NCBI GenBank assembly: GCA_051362555.1
Contig: CM120640.1
Location: forward strand, 33,561,967-33,625,966
DNA: 64,000 bases
Reading direction: 5' to 3'
From: Lingula anatina
Lineage: Eukaryota > Animalia > Brachiopoda
The position numbers and the translations under genes were made by a program. The notes beneath the pieces are model-generated. The model was given only the letters and a program-made list of their open reading frames with translations, was not told the origin of the DNA and made no database searches. Every line of letters begins with the position of its first letter. Within the stretch, counting starts at the first letter, position 1. Positions 1 to 14,370 of the stretch are shown here, one piece after another.

Positions 1-1832
1 TCTTTAACCTCAGGCTGTTGTAACCATATTAGTATATCTATATATATATGTCTTCATCTACACACACTGCTGGTATATGTATGCATGTATGTATATGTAT
101 ATATTTTGCCTTTTATTCCAATGTGAAATCAGATAGTTAAACTGAAATATATTTTATGAATTTCCTTGACAATATATTACATGACTGAATATCATGAGAA
201 ATACTGCACGATCATCCTCAGTTTACCCAGAAAGACATGGAGACCCAAGTAACTGGCCAGTAATTAAGAACTCAGTCATTTGATAGCAAACATTCTACTG
301 GTACAACATCAAAGCTAAGTGTGGGGACCATTCAAGCTTTGATTCTTATGTAGGAATATTTTTTAAGGAAAAAAAAATTTGGTGGGAAAAATCCCAGATA
401 GGATACCTTTATATACTATATGTACAGTATGCAGTGTATACTAGGTATCATGCAAAGATACAGAGCAAAGCTCTTCAAAATTTTGTCTCGCCCCCTTCCC
501 CTGATTTAGCCATAGTAAATCCTGTATCCATGAGTACCTTTGACGGTCAGTGTTAGAGCTGTCCAGTGTCCAGTTGGCTGTTATAGTTAAGGCAGGTGTG
601 ACCACTACATGTATGTAATAGTATCCCTTGGTCTGTTGGTGGACTGTGGCTGCAGGTGCGGTGATTAAGTGCCATGCAAATTGAATGACAGCAATAATTT
701 TTCACTTCTATAGAAAATCTAATTGCCATCAATTAATATCCTTCTTTTTAAAAGATATTAGTTCACATGGACTGAAAACCTGGCTTTCAACATAAGAAGT
801 GCCCTACTTTATTGATTTCAGTAAAGACATGTGGAATAATCAGCTTCAGGGAAGCCACAGGGAGAATTCACCTTTTGTTCTTCTCCAGATTAGTTTTATT
901 TCCAATTCATTGAATGTAAAGTTGTTATTATTATGACTCACATTATGTATGAGTATGTGTGTACCAAGTGCTGCATGTTTGACCTGGTGGCAAGAAAGAT
1001 CCTGACATTGTCTGTGTATGTTCTGCCGTGTTCACAGCAGGACTTAATTAGACTCAGAAAAAAAATGATATTATCAAATGACCAGATTACAAAGTGACCC
1101 AGAAAAAAAACTCGGGTTGACGAAAAAGACATGCTAAACAGTCTGGTCTTCTGACACTGTCTGAATCAAGTCCAATTTAGCTCTGATGTGAACAGGGCTC
1201 TAGTATATTACATGTGTTCTGTTCCATGACTCACCCAGGCATGAAAGTACTGATGATATACTTGTCCAGTCCTGACTGTCAATATCAAATGTTAGCTTTC
1301 ACATCTGATTCATTAAAACCTATTGTCTGCTACATGTTTGTGTGACCACAATAATTTTTCCCTCGAAGATGTGTTGGTCAAAACCAAATGTCGTCCAGTG
1401 TTTAAGTTGTTTGTCCCCCATTTTACCTGCTTGAACAAACAAATGATGGTTATTTTTCACTTTAACAAATGTTATTGAGATTTGTTTAGCATATGAAAGA
1501 ACTTTTGCTGCAGGAACTTATATTTAAGATCATTATACCATGTACCACCAAATGTATTTACTTTGTGGTCCTAGTTTTCATTTAGTGAATACAGTTTATA
1601 TGAGACTGTAAATTTTATTTGACCATTACTGAGGTTCTTTTTGATATTATTTTCATAGCATACAAGTAGCTAATACTTTCAATTAAGAAAACCCTTTGAT
1701 GAAAACAATGATAATTTTGAAACAATTTTTCTCACATTGATAAATGATTATTGATTTTTATCAATTTTTTCCATTGTTCCAATTATTACTGGAAAATCAT
1801 ATGAACACAATATTTTTATTTTCTTCTTCAAG

Positions 1833-3089
1833 GAGTTGGCTCTTGAGCAGAAGATGCGCAGTGTCACCAACACCCCAGCTCCTCCAGAGGTCAAGGTCAC
1901 ATCAAGGACACCTTCTCCGGTCAGCAATGTCAGGGAGCAGAACATGTTCACCCCAACTGCAGATGATGAACTTGAGAGGATACTGGAGGGGGATGAGGAG
2001 GAGGAAGAAGATGAGGATGAAGAGACTTCAACCATAAAAACAGGCACTGAGGAGCTTTCACAGTCGAGAGGCTCGAAACGTCGCAGCAAGCCAGGATCTC
2101 TGGTTTCCCAAGCTCTCTCCAATGTCTCTGATGAGGAGACGTCTGAGGAAAGTGAGGAAGATTGGGAGGGTGAAGAGGAGAAGGAAGAAGAACATGTCAC
2201 CTCAAAATCACGGGCGTCTGGCACATCCCGTGGCCCAAGCAGAGTGAGTAATGCCACAAAGGACACAAACCCAGCGATAGGAGACTCTGAGGAGGTGGCC
2301 AAAACACCACTTCTCAAACGCATCGAGGCAGCCATTGAAGGGCGCTCATCATCCAGTCGCTCCAAGCGCTCAACCAGATCCAGTGTGAAATCACAGAAGA
2401 GCAGTGCCAAATCTAAATCCAGTAATAAAGACTCCATCAGAGATCAGGTGGTTGAGAAAGAACTATCCGACAGGGTGTCATACATAGAGGTGACATCAGA
2501 AATGGAGGGCATGGCCAGTGAGGAGGATGAAAGGACAGTATTAGGGAGTGATATCGTTACGGGTACCCAGAAATCTATGTCATCCACCCAAGGTGACAAC
2601 AGACTGCAGGACTTTGATGATGAAACTTATAACCATGAACAGGACAGTCAAATGATTCTGGACATTCTGAGGAAAAGATACCCAGAGTCCACTCCGTCCA
2701 TATCGGAGACCCCTAGTGTGGTATCCTCATATCACCGATGGGATGAGGAAGTCCCAGTAGAGAAACCAGTCCATGCCTCACCATCACTGGCTCCAACCAT
2801 CCTCATCCAGGCAGCATCCTCAGAGCACCTGTATGATTTCAGTGATCAGGGAAGTGCCCATGGTCATGAGGAAAACGGTCATGGGGAAAATGGTCATGAA
2901 ACAAGTGGTCATGAAACTGCTGATCATGAAACAGATAAGACCACTGTTCATGAACCAGATGAGCATGACAGCAGAATCCCAACACAACAAGTAGCTAATC
3001 TGGAAGATGAAAAGTCAGAAACTACTGATAACGCCCAAAACCTGTCAGATCCCAATGTTGGAGGTGAATCACCACCAGAGAGTAATTGA
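1833..3089 (+). CDS. Terminal coding exon of a gene starting upstream of the window; acidic, Ser/Glu-rich low-complexity protein of unknown family
   Basis: 1.25 kb open frame with higher GC than its flanks. It is preceded by a polypyrimidine tract and AG (ttttcttcttcaag, AG at 1831-1832) in frame with GAG TTG GCT. Stop TGA at 3087-3089, AT-rich 3' UTR, AATAAA at 3621. No recognisable domain. Confidence 0.75.
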   Translation, partial: ELALEQKMRSVTNTPAPPEVKVTSRTPSPVSNVREQNMFTPTADDELERILEGDEEEEEDEDEETSTIKTGTEELSQSRGSKRRSKPGSLVSQALSNVSDEETSEESEEDWEGEEEKEEEHVTSKSRASGTSRGPSRVSNATKDTNPAIGDSEEVAKTPLLKRIEAAIEGRSSSSRSKRSTRSSVKSQKSSAKSKSSNKDSIRDQVVEKELSDRVSYIEVTSEMEGMASEEDERTVLGSDIVTGTQKSMSSTQGDNRLQDFDDETYNHEQDSQMILDILRKRYPESTPSISETPSVVSSYHRWDEEVPVEKPVHASPSLAPTILIQAASSEHLYDFSDQGSAHGHEENGHGENGHETSGHETADHETDKTTVHEPDEHDSRIPTQQVANLEDEKSETTDNAQNLSDPNVGGESPPESN

Positions 3090-3620
3090 AATGCCAAATA
3101 ACACCAGTGAACAGTGCAGATATCACTATTAAGTTAATATATCAAGACAGTAATGGAGATAGGACTAAGAGAAGGATGAATAGTACATCTCAGAAAATTC
3201 ATAACAGTTATAGCTTACAGTCAGTATTTTATATATATATATATATGACTAACTTGCCTGAAAATTTTATCTTCTTACCTACTTGTTCATATTTATTGAA
3301 CACTGCATACATTAAAGTGACAATATTTGCATTTTTATTATAACTGAAATATGAGATTTCACTTTTTTAACCTGCTGAGCAGGAAGAACACTTTCCGTTT
3401 ATTTGAGGTGCCTTGCCAAGGAGGCAGGAACCTTTCCCTGGAAGATGGATTGAGTTCATCATTTCAGATGTTTACATTTTGGATTCAGTATACTATGATA
3501 TTAATCAAATTAAACGTGTTTTTGAACATATTAACATATTGTCTAAAATGGTAACTTCATTCCAAATGTGATAAAGAAGTATTTTTCTAAAGTGTAATTT
3601 TGTAGAAAATTTAACATTAT

Positions 3621-3626
3621 AATAAA
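3621..3626 (+). terminator. Putative polyadenylation signal of the upstream acidic-protein gene
   Basis: AATAAA about 530 nt after the stop, followed by a T/GT-rich tract (cttttttttgtagtatttat). Confidence 0.5.
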
Positions 3627-4079
3627 ATAACATCAAATATCTTTTTTTTGTAGTATTTATTATTAACTTGATTTGAATTTGACTATATCATCATTGTTAG
3701 ACAATATTAAGTACATAGACATTTCATTTTAAACATGTATATTAAAAGAAAAACACAATTTGGTACAAAAAAAAAAAAAGGTGCTGGTGGAGTGACAAAT
3801 CTCATTAGACAAGTAGATTATCTACTATTATTGTGAAAATTTGTATCTTCTTAAATTTCTTTTAACGTTGCCCTATTTGTGTATCTTACACAGGCCCATA
3901 CACAGGCCTATATAAGACATGTTAAATGGAGATAAAAAATTAAATGTTCTTCTACATGAGAAGTATGTAAGTGTCATCTGTTTAAATCTGTTTAAGTGAA
4001 GTAACTACCAGTGCTTCAAGGTAAAGCTATCTTATAAAAGTGTGGACTGCATTACCCTGTGCAGAGACTGTGTATAACA

Positions 4080-4095
4080 CGGACACACACAGGTG

Positions 4096-4126
<31 letters not shown>

Positions 4127-4127
4127 C
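4080..4127. repeat. (CA)n microsatellite, imperfect
   Basis: Seen directly in sequence. Confidence 0.9.
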
Positions 4128-7100
4128 ACATCGCATCCCAGTTCATTTCGACATTGTCACCAGTCCCAGTATGTGAATGTCGTATCATTTTTTTAAAACT
4201 ATTGCTACCTAGGGGCTGCTGCTAAGGTACATGTTGACAGGGCATTTGAAGTTAGACTAGTTGATTGATGGGGCTTGTTAGCAATGTCAATACTATAATT
4301 AGGTAGGACACACAACCTCCGTTTGTCTGCCTGGACTAAAGGGTTTTCCCCCAGTGGTGTATGTTTCCAGAGATGAAAGAAAGCTAAGTGTTATGTTTTA
4401 TTGCTTTGAAGGAATAAAAGGATATATGCGTGAGATAAAACTGATATTTATTGGAATGGAGGGAAGGGGAGTGGGTTGCTAAAATTTTGTCATTCATTTT
4501 TCATACAAGCAAGAGTTAAAAGAAAATTTTTATCAAAAGCTGAAGTGCATATTTCCGAAGAGACATTCCTGTCTTGTAACTCATTGTATGCTCAAATTAT
4601 TGAATTAAAAGAAAGCAAATTTTTTCAAAAATATTTGGAGCAGTAATTCCTCAAGCTGAAAATACTGTCCATAGTTCCCTAAAAGGAGCATTAAATTATG
4701 TTGACGATATGCATTATCAAAATACAATATTATCTACCTATATTATATTTTTAATGTGTTTTTGCCTTTTAAGGGTCAGTAAGAAGGCCAAATGTATCAT
4801 ACAGACATTTCTTATATAAACAGACATGCGATCAGTAACAAAAATGAAATCTGGAGAACTGTCAGTCTTCATAGTCAATATATATTATTATTGGTTCGTT
4901 GATTCCGCCATTCCGATATGCTTAGGCGGTCACTGTTTGCACTGTACAATAACGTGGAAGACTGGACGTATGGAATCCACAACAAAAACACTAAATCATC
5001 TTCGGTGGGTTCAGGTTGAATTTCAGGGGTCCCATGTTCTTTTTTTCCTCTGCGAACTCGATCCTTCAGACGATAGTCTTCATCTTCAGCATGTGTTCTG
5101 TCACTGTCGACCCCCCTATGTTAGATTCTTGTTACAGTGACTGATTGCGAAGATATACTATTAGCACATACCCCTTCGAAATGGCAATGAGATTCAAAGT
5201 TTTTGAGATATTATGAAGATGAAATAGCGCTCACGGAATTTATTGTCGTCTGATAATATTTTTCATCGCTCTTCTGGGGGAAATGAAGCCATCTCCAGAA
5301 TGTTATTTTTGGTGTACAAAAGGACGACCATTTTTGGCATCATTTAGCAAGTATATATTATTTCTTTTCGGTTTTATTTATTTTTTCTTTCTGTAAAGGA
5401 GGCCTGGGTAGGCCTACATACACAGTGTGTGTTTTGCCTAGGGGTATGTGCCAATAAATAATACCTTCACGCTGCCAGTTTCTTTCTTCCCCGTATCTGT
5501 CACTTAGACTGGGTTGAAGAAGCACCAATAAAAGCAGAAGTTGAGAATTGCAAAATACTTTTCATGTTTATCTAACCTTACGCTTATCGTAATCCGAACA
5601 CTCCCTGGGCAATCAACGGCCATACAGAGGGAGAAGATTCCCCTTCAATAGGAGGTTGTGATCTTTGACTAAATCTCCCTCAGCCGTGCAAGAAATGGTC
5701 CGCGTTACACCCAGTGCTTACAATCTGATATCATTTACTCTCCGTTTGTACAGCGAGATTGAAACGTCAAGGGAATTATCTTTAGACGTCCCCCGTGCTT
5801 ATCCACCGCTTGGCTAACCTTTCTTTCATCTTTCGACAAGGTGTTTGTTGATTTTTATCTGAAAATATATATGCCACAGGAATTGAATTCTTTCTTCGTG
5901 CTCAACCAATTTTTCGTCCTTCTCTTCTTTAGAAAAACCACCTTAGGGTATTCAATAAATCACTAAAAGAGGTTCATGACTATGGGTTTGTTTTGCGCAG
6001 CGTTTTAGAAGATGGAATATCTTTGCGATCTATTCCACGCAGTTGGTTTTTACCCTGCGTTAATTGCAATTATCTGTAATTCTGGTTAGGTTTCAATTTT
6101 TCCTTTGATTTAGGGGCATCTAGTTTTCTCTTTTTGTTGTCGCAATCTATCAAGCCGCATGTAGCGTTTTGTCGCTTGTAAGGAAAGCAGCGTTTTTCCC
6201 TTATCTGCTCAGCTGTCTACTATAGTGTCTCCAGTGTTATTTAGTTGTAAAAATAGAGGAGAGATATTGGGTTTAATTGTCGGCTAACCAGAAACTTCTC
6301 AGAGTAACTAATCCATAGGTTTAATTTCAAGATCATTTTTAACCATTGATGCATTTACAAAAAAGAGAAAAAATCGCGCGACTTGCTCAATCTGGTAAAA
6401 AACTGCGGACAAAGGAGTTGCGCTTGCTCCCTGAACTTTCAGTAAAGACATCACTTAAACGCGGCAGAAAAGCTTAACCGCATGAACGAATGGTTAACCA
6501 AGGAGGAAAAAGCGGGGGTCTTAATTTTTTCAATCAGAGAAGACAAGTAGATAGACAACAGTATCGATTACTACCAGTAGCTCCTTAATTTTAGTCTGGG
6601 CAATTTGTTGAACGAGGGAAAGACTTTGACGAAATTATTTCACGTGTTTGTGCATTTTGTCCACATTCTGGCTGCTTATATACAGGTAGCATAGATGACA
6701 AGTGTGTCTTATAGTTCTCACGCGATTACATGTGAATATAATAAGAATTATATAATAAAATTTACAGAAGTTGAAGAATGAATAAGAATCAATTTTTCAA
6801 TTCTGCTTATTGCTCAAGGTATGTAAAATGGAAAAATACCTTATTTTTGGCAGTTTTTCATTTAACTTCAGCAGTCTTCATTAACTTTGATTTTTTATAA
6901 GAAATGTGAAACAATAACAAGTGCATGCATCTCTGATAAGTATCAATAATGTTCTATAACTAATCCAGGACATCAACAGAGGGGCTCAATAAAATGGAGT
7001 AAATAAAATATGCTTCTATCCGACTCAGGGTAGTCTTTTCCTCCTTTGGGAGTGAGTGAGGGGGAGGGCTTTGCTTAACTTTTGGAAAAAGGTACTCTGA

Positions 7101-9547
7101 ACCGATTTATGTTAAAAATTCTCCAAAAGTGCTGAAAATAATACACCGTAATACAATAATTATTTGACACCTGTATAGCATTTGACATTCAACATAGTTC
7201 AAAACTATACTTATAGATACGAACAGATAATAGCTCAGATTACCGCACTGATTAATATTTAGAAATATAGTCTGATGGGTTCTTTGAAGATAATATTTAA
7301 GCCTAGGATGAATAAGCTTTAATGTTATGGACATGACGCCTTAATGACATCCTACAAAACCATAGCGTTTGCTTGTAAGTTTAAAATTACTTTAAGGGCC
7401 ACATTGTAGGTACAAGTACCGGTAGACTAAACTAATGACAGGTGCACATATCAATCCATGGTCAAATTAGTAGAAATCACAAATTGAGTTGAAAGTTGTC
7501 TGAATCAAACGTATGCAAATTATGACAACGACAAACACAAGCATCTAATGGACCTCTGTCAGATGTGGCGACCAACGTATTTTCTCAATAGGTCCATTTT
7601 TATATTAAAAAACCCAAAACAACAATTTCTACCGGCAAGGCCCTCCTCATCAATTGTCAATCTATGGCCTATTCGGTTTTACTGTTATTGTCATTGAAGA
7701 AGCTTAATGTGACAACCACCCAGCGAGAAACTACCATTTTAAAATGCCACTGTCGTCAACCGTCAACATTTCAGGTATGGCTTGGCACATCTTTTCAGAA
7801 AGATGTTGTAAGATCTCGTCACACTATAAAGGTGCGCGATAAAGCCTTGTGCGTTCTTGGTTAGTGGTTTTCAACCGCAATGGGCAGTGTTATCACTGCA
7901 GTATGTAGTTATGGAGTTGCTCGAGTGTTGGGGTTTTTCCTGAGCTTTATGTAGAAGCAAACGGGTATTTTGTCAAACAAGCGGAGAAAAGATGAGAAAT
8001 GATAACACATATTTTTGACAATAATATATTTGTTTTTATCCTCCCATCTTCGGTCTCAGCATATAATATTTCCCTTGGCTTTATTGTTGCACTCAATGGA
8101 ACATCCGCAGTAATGCCACAGCAAATAACACCGTATCGGAATATTCACAATGTTAATTGCGCCCTTAAGATATGACAATAAAACAAAATCTGCTGATTGT
8201 TAACTGCCAACCAAAGAGTTTGTAATGTGTACGCCAATAGCAATGCATGGTGTTAATACGAGAGAGGGCGAGGCCGCTCTAGTATGTAAATTTTTTGAGA
8301 GCATCCTCGGGCACTGGGCGGGACACTTCGAGTTTCGACAACAGTGCCAGACACTCACCTGATTGTCCGATTCAACCTTGATCCCGGCCCCGTGTTCCTT
8401 TCAAAGCAAACAGATCACTGGATAAAATATCTTACCGAACTTAATTTCGAGTATTTTTCAGTTCTTTTAACCCGAGTGATTTTATGAACTGAACCTTAAA
8501 ATTAACATGTAATTCGCCCTCCACCAAACAAACGCGCTGGAGAAATAATCCAGACAGACCTCTTATTTCTAAATAAGTTGAAATGGATTGTATTGAAATG
8601 GTTGATCTAGTCTAAAGTAACCGAGGCTCCGCTCTGTACTATGGCGAGACAATAGTTTTATTACTGTGTGGAAAAACAGATGCCCCACAATCATATTGTG
8701 GCGTCCCTTTGTCGCGCACGCAAACCAGCTTCATTGTTAATTTAGCTTCTCGCTGAAGAGATACCTTCAAACCTCTACCTGCCATCTTGTCAAAGTCTGG
8801 CGTTTAGTGCAGCACGTTTTGTTTCTCACGTCTACTTCGCTGGAGGTATGAAAAACTTAAATGCACCCGAATTAATTGCAAGGTTCACTTGTTGTCGAAA
8901 TGCTCCAGGTTTATAGTTACCTTAATACACGTCGTATCACCTCATCGCTTTGAAATGCAACACAGTAAAATCGTGAATCAGCATATCTAACTGAAATAAT
9001 AATTTTGTTTAATCTTACTTTATTTCATTTCTTCTATGACAAGGATGCAGACATATAGAAATCACTTTGAAGTGTACTTGTTACTCTCAGTTTAAATTCA
9101 ATAGGAAATGGACACTGTTATTTTAAAGTCTTTTATTAACAATGAAACGGGACGCGGTGTCTCAGTCACGACAATGGCAAATAATTTACATTTTGAATTG
9201 CTTTTTTATTTCAAATAATCGGTATTCTGTGTCATTCTACATTAAAGGACTACCGTTTACTTGCATGATTTCTCCTAAGTCCGTAGAGGAAACGATTTTA
9301 ATTCATTCATTCTTTAAGGACGGGCACAGCACGCGATTCTGTGCCTCGTGAAACGATGTCGTTCATGTCGCTTTGGCTGCCACAGTAGCTCGGCCTTTTC
9401 ACCCTTGGACATACCGAGAATTGCAAGCCAAGTCTTATGAAGATCTTGCCGAGTAACATGGTGATTATCTTAATAAAATGTACGCGAACTTTGCTGTGTA
9501 GGGAGCCTACAAGTATGTAAACAGAATTATTTAGCGGTCAATAAACT

Positions 9548-9548
<1 letters not shown>

Positions 9549-9580
<32 letters not shown>
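9549..9580. repeat. (TAT)n microsatellite
   Basis: Seen directly in sequence. Confidence 0.9.
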
Positions 9581-9581
<1 letters not shown>

Positions 9582-12500
9582 ATCAATCAACAATATGTGG
9601 GTATCACGATTGTGCTCCCTAATTACATTTTTGGATATTTAAAATCTATTTTTTAAAAGTATTCATAACTCTCGGTGTAGATTATCTCTCCTGTAAAACC
9701 ATTTGTGATATTTTAAAACAAAACTTTTGTATTGTGTAATTTGTGCAACTTGTATGTTGACCTGTGCAATGATACAGCAGGTCAGTAACCTGCCCCCGCA
9801 ATGTAGCCTGCATATGTAAGTGTATGATAATCGTTGGCGCACTTGTACCACCACAATACAACCAAGCCTTCCAGATAAATAAAACACAGGTTGGTACAAT
9901 CAAAATGTAATCACTGCAGTTTCATAACATGACTGCTCTTGGGTACATAGCCCTACTTCTAGCATTGTAATCCTCATTGCAGAACACAGTAAACGCTTTT
10001 TATGCATATGCAAAAGAAAATTTCAAATTTACCTTTGAATAAAATGATTAGAAGTAAAATCACTCCAACCAACTTAATATTGATGTTTTTTCTGTGGGTT
10101 TACTATATTCATCAATTCTCTAAATATACCAGTGTCTTCAGTGTCTTTAAATTTACCTTTTCCGTTTTTAATGAAATATCCAAATACAAAATGTGGTCTG
10201 TATGGTTTAGTTTCTTATATATATATAACAAGCAGTATTGACACTGACTATATGCCCCTTATAAAATTGTTTAACTATCCCTTTACTTCTGTCGTTTCCT
10301 TTTTTCCAAAAATTTACCACTCGAAACTATTTTACGAAGTCTTTAGATGTAAATAGATTAATTTAACAAGACCAAAGGTATTGTATTTGCAATTCATAAA
10401 CCGCGTAGAGCGCTGTTATTTAGAGTGTATTGTTTATCATCACTATGGATACATCTAGTTACAACCAACTCATTCGAGGCAAATGCATAAATATATAGAC
10501 AAACAAATATGAATTGATAAGAAAAATGTATTAATAAATCATTACCACCAAGGTCTTTTGCGTGATTCTAGATCTCGACAAACACAGAATGCTGTGCGAA
10601 AATGAGTGACACGCAATGGGTTCGTTTTAGGCGAACTTGCCAAATTGAAATAATTATGCAATCACCGCAATTTGTGTTGCGACTGAATAGAATGGCAAAA
10701 AGAGGGTTTTCGTAGGTGGCAGACGGACTATATGCGTGTGTGTCACACTCATTACTTGCAATTTATTTCTCTCAGAACGTCAAGTTTGTTTAACGAGGAC
10801 TCACACCTGTTTATCTCTCAACATTTGACAAGGAACAAAATTAAAATTGAATTATCTGTAGAGTGAAGACAACAAGGCACGGCTAACACGGTGATGATTT
10901 ATAGTGAGGAGAACACACTTTTTGTGAGAATCATTTCACGACCAAGATACACTCGGGTCACGCGGCGAAGTTTCCGCCTAAAACCACGAGTGAAAATAAG
11001 GATCTTTCGCAGGTGTCGGAGATGAGATAAAAAACACCATATTACACGTTATCTGAAGAAACACAGGTGTGCATGCAGCGTCTTTTGTACTTTTGACGTT
11101 TTTGCATCATAAATCATGATGTCATTTTCTCCCTTATGAATTATTAAAAAGAATATACAAGTTGAAAAATAAGGGTGTGTGAACTTTTTATAATTTTGAG
11201 TCTTTGTTGTCTTGATAGTCAGTCACGGGTATCCGTTTTGATATCCCACAGCCAGTGTGGACTGAAATTAGATAATAAAATGATGAAATTCGGTTGCCGT
11301 AGTACAATTAAAACACAAGAAATAGTGCTGGTTTTAGTCTGTAAAAAAGACAACTGATTTGTGGAAGCAAAAGACGCAGAAAATATCAAAGGCTTAGTTT
11401 ACGTGAAATCAATATTTTCTTCACAGTGACTACAAACACGATCGAGAGTTTCTAATCAGTGAAGTTGTCTCACATGATATAGCGAAAACTAATCAAAAAG
11501 TGGTCGTATAATCTACAAATATCAAGGACTGTATCAGAGGCGACTCGATGCGACCTTTTGAGTTAAGAACATCTAGTTATTCAATTAAAAAGATAACAAT
11601 AAATAAATAAATAAATTGATAAAGATTTAAAAAATGAAATAAAAGATTGGATTCTGCCCATATCCATGTTCCCCCTTCGTAACGTCCTCTTATCTTCTCT
11701 GTTTGTTTGTTTCTATTTATCACATAAAAAAAGAAAATTAGCAAACGCGCTTCACCCTAACTTTTTGAACTTCACATCTGGGAATGGGGTAAGTTTTGCG
11801 GATGATACACGTATATACTTGTAGTATAAACGGAGGATATAAGGTGTAGCGGGGGAATACTATGAAACACGAATCAGTGCCTCAATTCATAAGTCATATT
11901 CCTGCATTTCATAGTCAAAACAAGTTTTAAATAACCGCGCATCGATCAAGAAGATTCTCATTTATCCATCTTAGTTGACAAATCAGGCAGCAATCGAAAT
12001 GGAGGACTCGACCAGGGAGCATTACTCTTTGTCTCGAATTCCTTATCATCAAACGAGAAAATTGACTTTCCAAGTCCATATTCTGGCTACTTATAAAGTT
12101 CAGTAAATTCCAGTTGTTGACTGATTAATCCCATCATTTTGGTAAAATATACCGAAATACCATGCGAAAATAATAACATAATCTTGTCAAGTATAATAAA
12201 AAAGATGACTATCATTACTAAAAAGGAAATTGAGTGTCCGCTCATTTATTCCTTTCTCTCTTCCAGTTGAATAATCAAGTGTGTTAGCATTTATTCAAAC
12301 CATAATATCAGATATGAAAGGGGGATTACTTTCAAGAATCGTGCTTATCCTTTCCTATGGTGAAGCTTTGAGTTCTCGCAGGGGACCATGAACCAAGTGA
12401 CCCTAGAATAAAGTGTAGTTAGTAGTAAGGCATTCATATAGAAAGCGCTCGCGGAAGCTGGAAGTAGAACTATATGGACATCCAATACCCTGCTTTTCTT

Positions 12501-14322
12501 TAGGCTGAAATAGCTAATGTTATTTCTGCGGAGAAAATCAAATTACTACGAAGACAATTCTATCGAGTAAAAAGATACCCACCGTCTCATCAATGGGGAA
12601 TAGCTACACATTCAATTAATTAATGTAATTTCTTTATCAGTGTCACCAGAGCTTTCCTTTGCTTTGTTGCAATCGACTTTCTATCGACTTCTGCACGTCG
12701 CAGTCGCAGGCAACTCTTCGTCTAATAGATTGACTTCATGTCTTTTTCTCATCGTAGTCTGGACGATGAGGACGAAAGGTTCGGTTGAATGCAGTATCAT
12801 GATAAGAAAAGTGGAGGTGCATAAACCCAATTGAATCGTTAATTGCTTTTTTTTCTTTAAATGGTTCAAAATTTTCCAAAGTGGATTTAATCTAAAAAGA
12901 AAGTGAAAGTAAGAAAAAGACGGCGGCAAGCAAGGCATGCTTGTTTGGTTATCCACACGCACTCAAAAATAGGGGTATTTGTTCCAGACTTGCAGAGATA
13001 CATTTATAATACACAAAAGTAGTCCACAGAATTATTTTAACACGGTACCAGTAAATTGCACCTGTCAGACACACGTAGAAAAATATTTCGTCACTCACAA
13101 TAAGTTTCAAAGAGGTAAATAAAAAAAAGGTGCGTCACTTACAAAAGAATAACATTGAAATCCAAGATGCATGCTATCTCATCTGCCCTGTTTTCCACCC
13201 ACTATTTCATACTACAAACTGCACCTCTTCAAATGCCTTCTTGACTCTTTTATCCTCTTTCATCCTATGCTCTTTCTATCACCTACAAGTGGATACCCTG
13301 CTGAGCTCTTCAGATGTAAGAAAAAAGGCGGAAAGAACATCTTGAACTGTGGACTTTGCATGTGATGCAGTGGATGCTCAAAGGCATACCGGACGCAGAC
13401 AACATACTGCTTTCTCAGTATCATCCCGATTTTGGTCCGGTCAATGATGCTTTATGATGTTTATTTAAAATCTTCATCTGCTAAAATAGAAGCGGTCGGT
13501 ACATAGTCTAGTTGCTATAAAGCCCTTTACATACAATTAGAACAGTTCAATGGGTTTCATTCCCATGAACATGTATAAGTTCATGTATTACAAGGAGACA
13601 GCATGGTTCCCATAAATTTAGACCCTATTTACAGAAGAATTTATTTCTTTTTTTTTTTAAGACGTTCGGTATTAATCCCCCAAAAGCCGGTGAAAAATAA
13701 AGTTAAAGAAACCACTTGTTGAAAAAATACTCAAAACCTCTTAGATACCCAACAGCCTGAGAAGAGTGGAAACGGGAGATGGGGGTGTCTCTATTAATAC
13801 GCAAAGTGAAAAATGAACTAGTGGCAATCTTCCAAGTGGGACTATCCTGGAACACAGCCGGGAGCCTTGAATATTTTTTACTGCGTTCATATTTCTCCTT
13901 TGATGTTGTCTAAACAGATAAACACTTGCCAGCATCTCTGTCCGGTTATGTTAGCGACAAGGCTGCCAAGTCACCCATATTTCTTGGGTCGCCAGGGGTC
14001 GCCAGGGGTCGCCGATCACCTCATTGGACAATACGTGAGAGTGACACAACATGGGAGTTGACATAGGGACCTCGACTGTGTGTGTTGTCCTTTCAAATAA
14101 AACCACCAAGTGTATACTTCTGGGCCTGGAGAAATATCCGAGTTGTTTATTTTTGACATTGAATTCAACTTGTTGTGGTAAATCGTGGGAAAGATTGAAA
14201 TGTATAAAAAATTGAAGTAAAAAAAAGCAAGAACAAAAGGACACAAAGTATTCACCTTACGGGAGAGTTTTTCTCTTTGAACTTTATCTTCACGTTACCT
14301 GGGACGGTTGCGCCTTGCGTGC

Positions 14323-14323
<1 letters not shown>

Positions 14324-14369
<46 letters not shown>
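14324..14369. repeat. poly(T) run of about 46 nt
   Basis: Seen directly in sequence. Confidence 0.9.

Positions 14370-14370
<1 letters not shown>

Noticed and set aside
1748-2437. 229-aa minus-strand ORF
   Set aside because: Antisense shadow of the Glu-rich plus-strand exon (poly-Ser from GAG/GAA complements).
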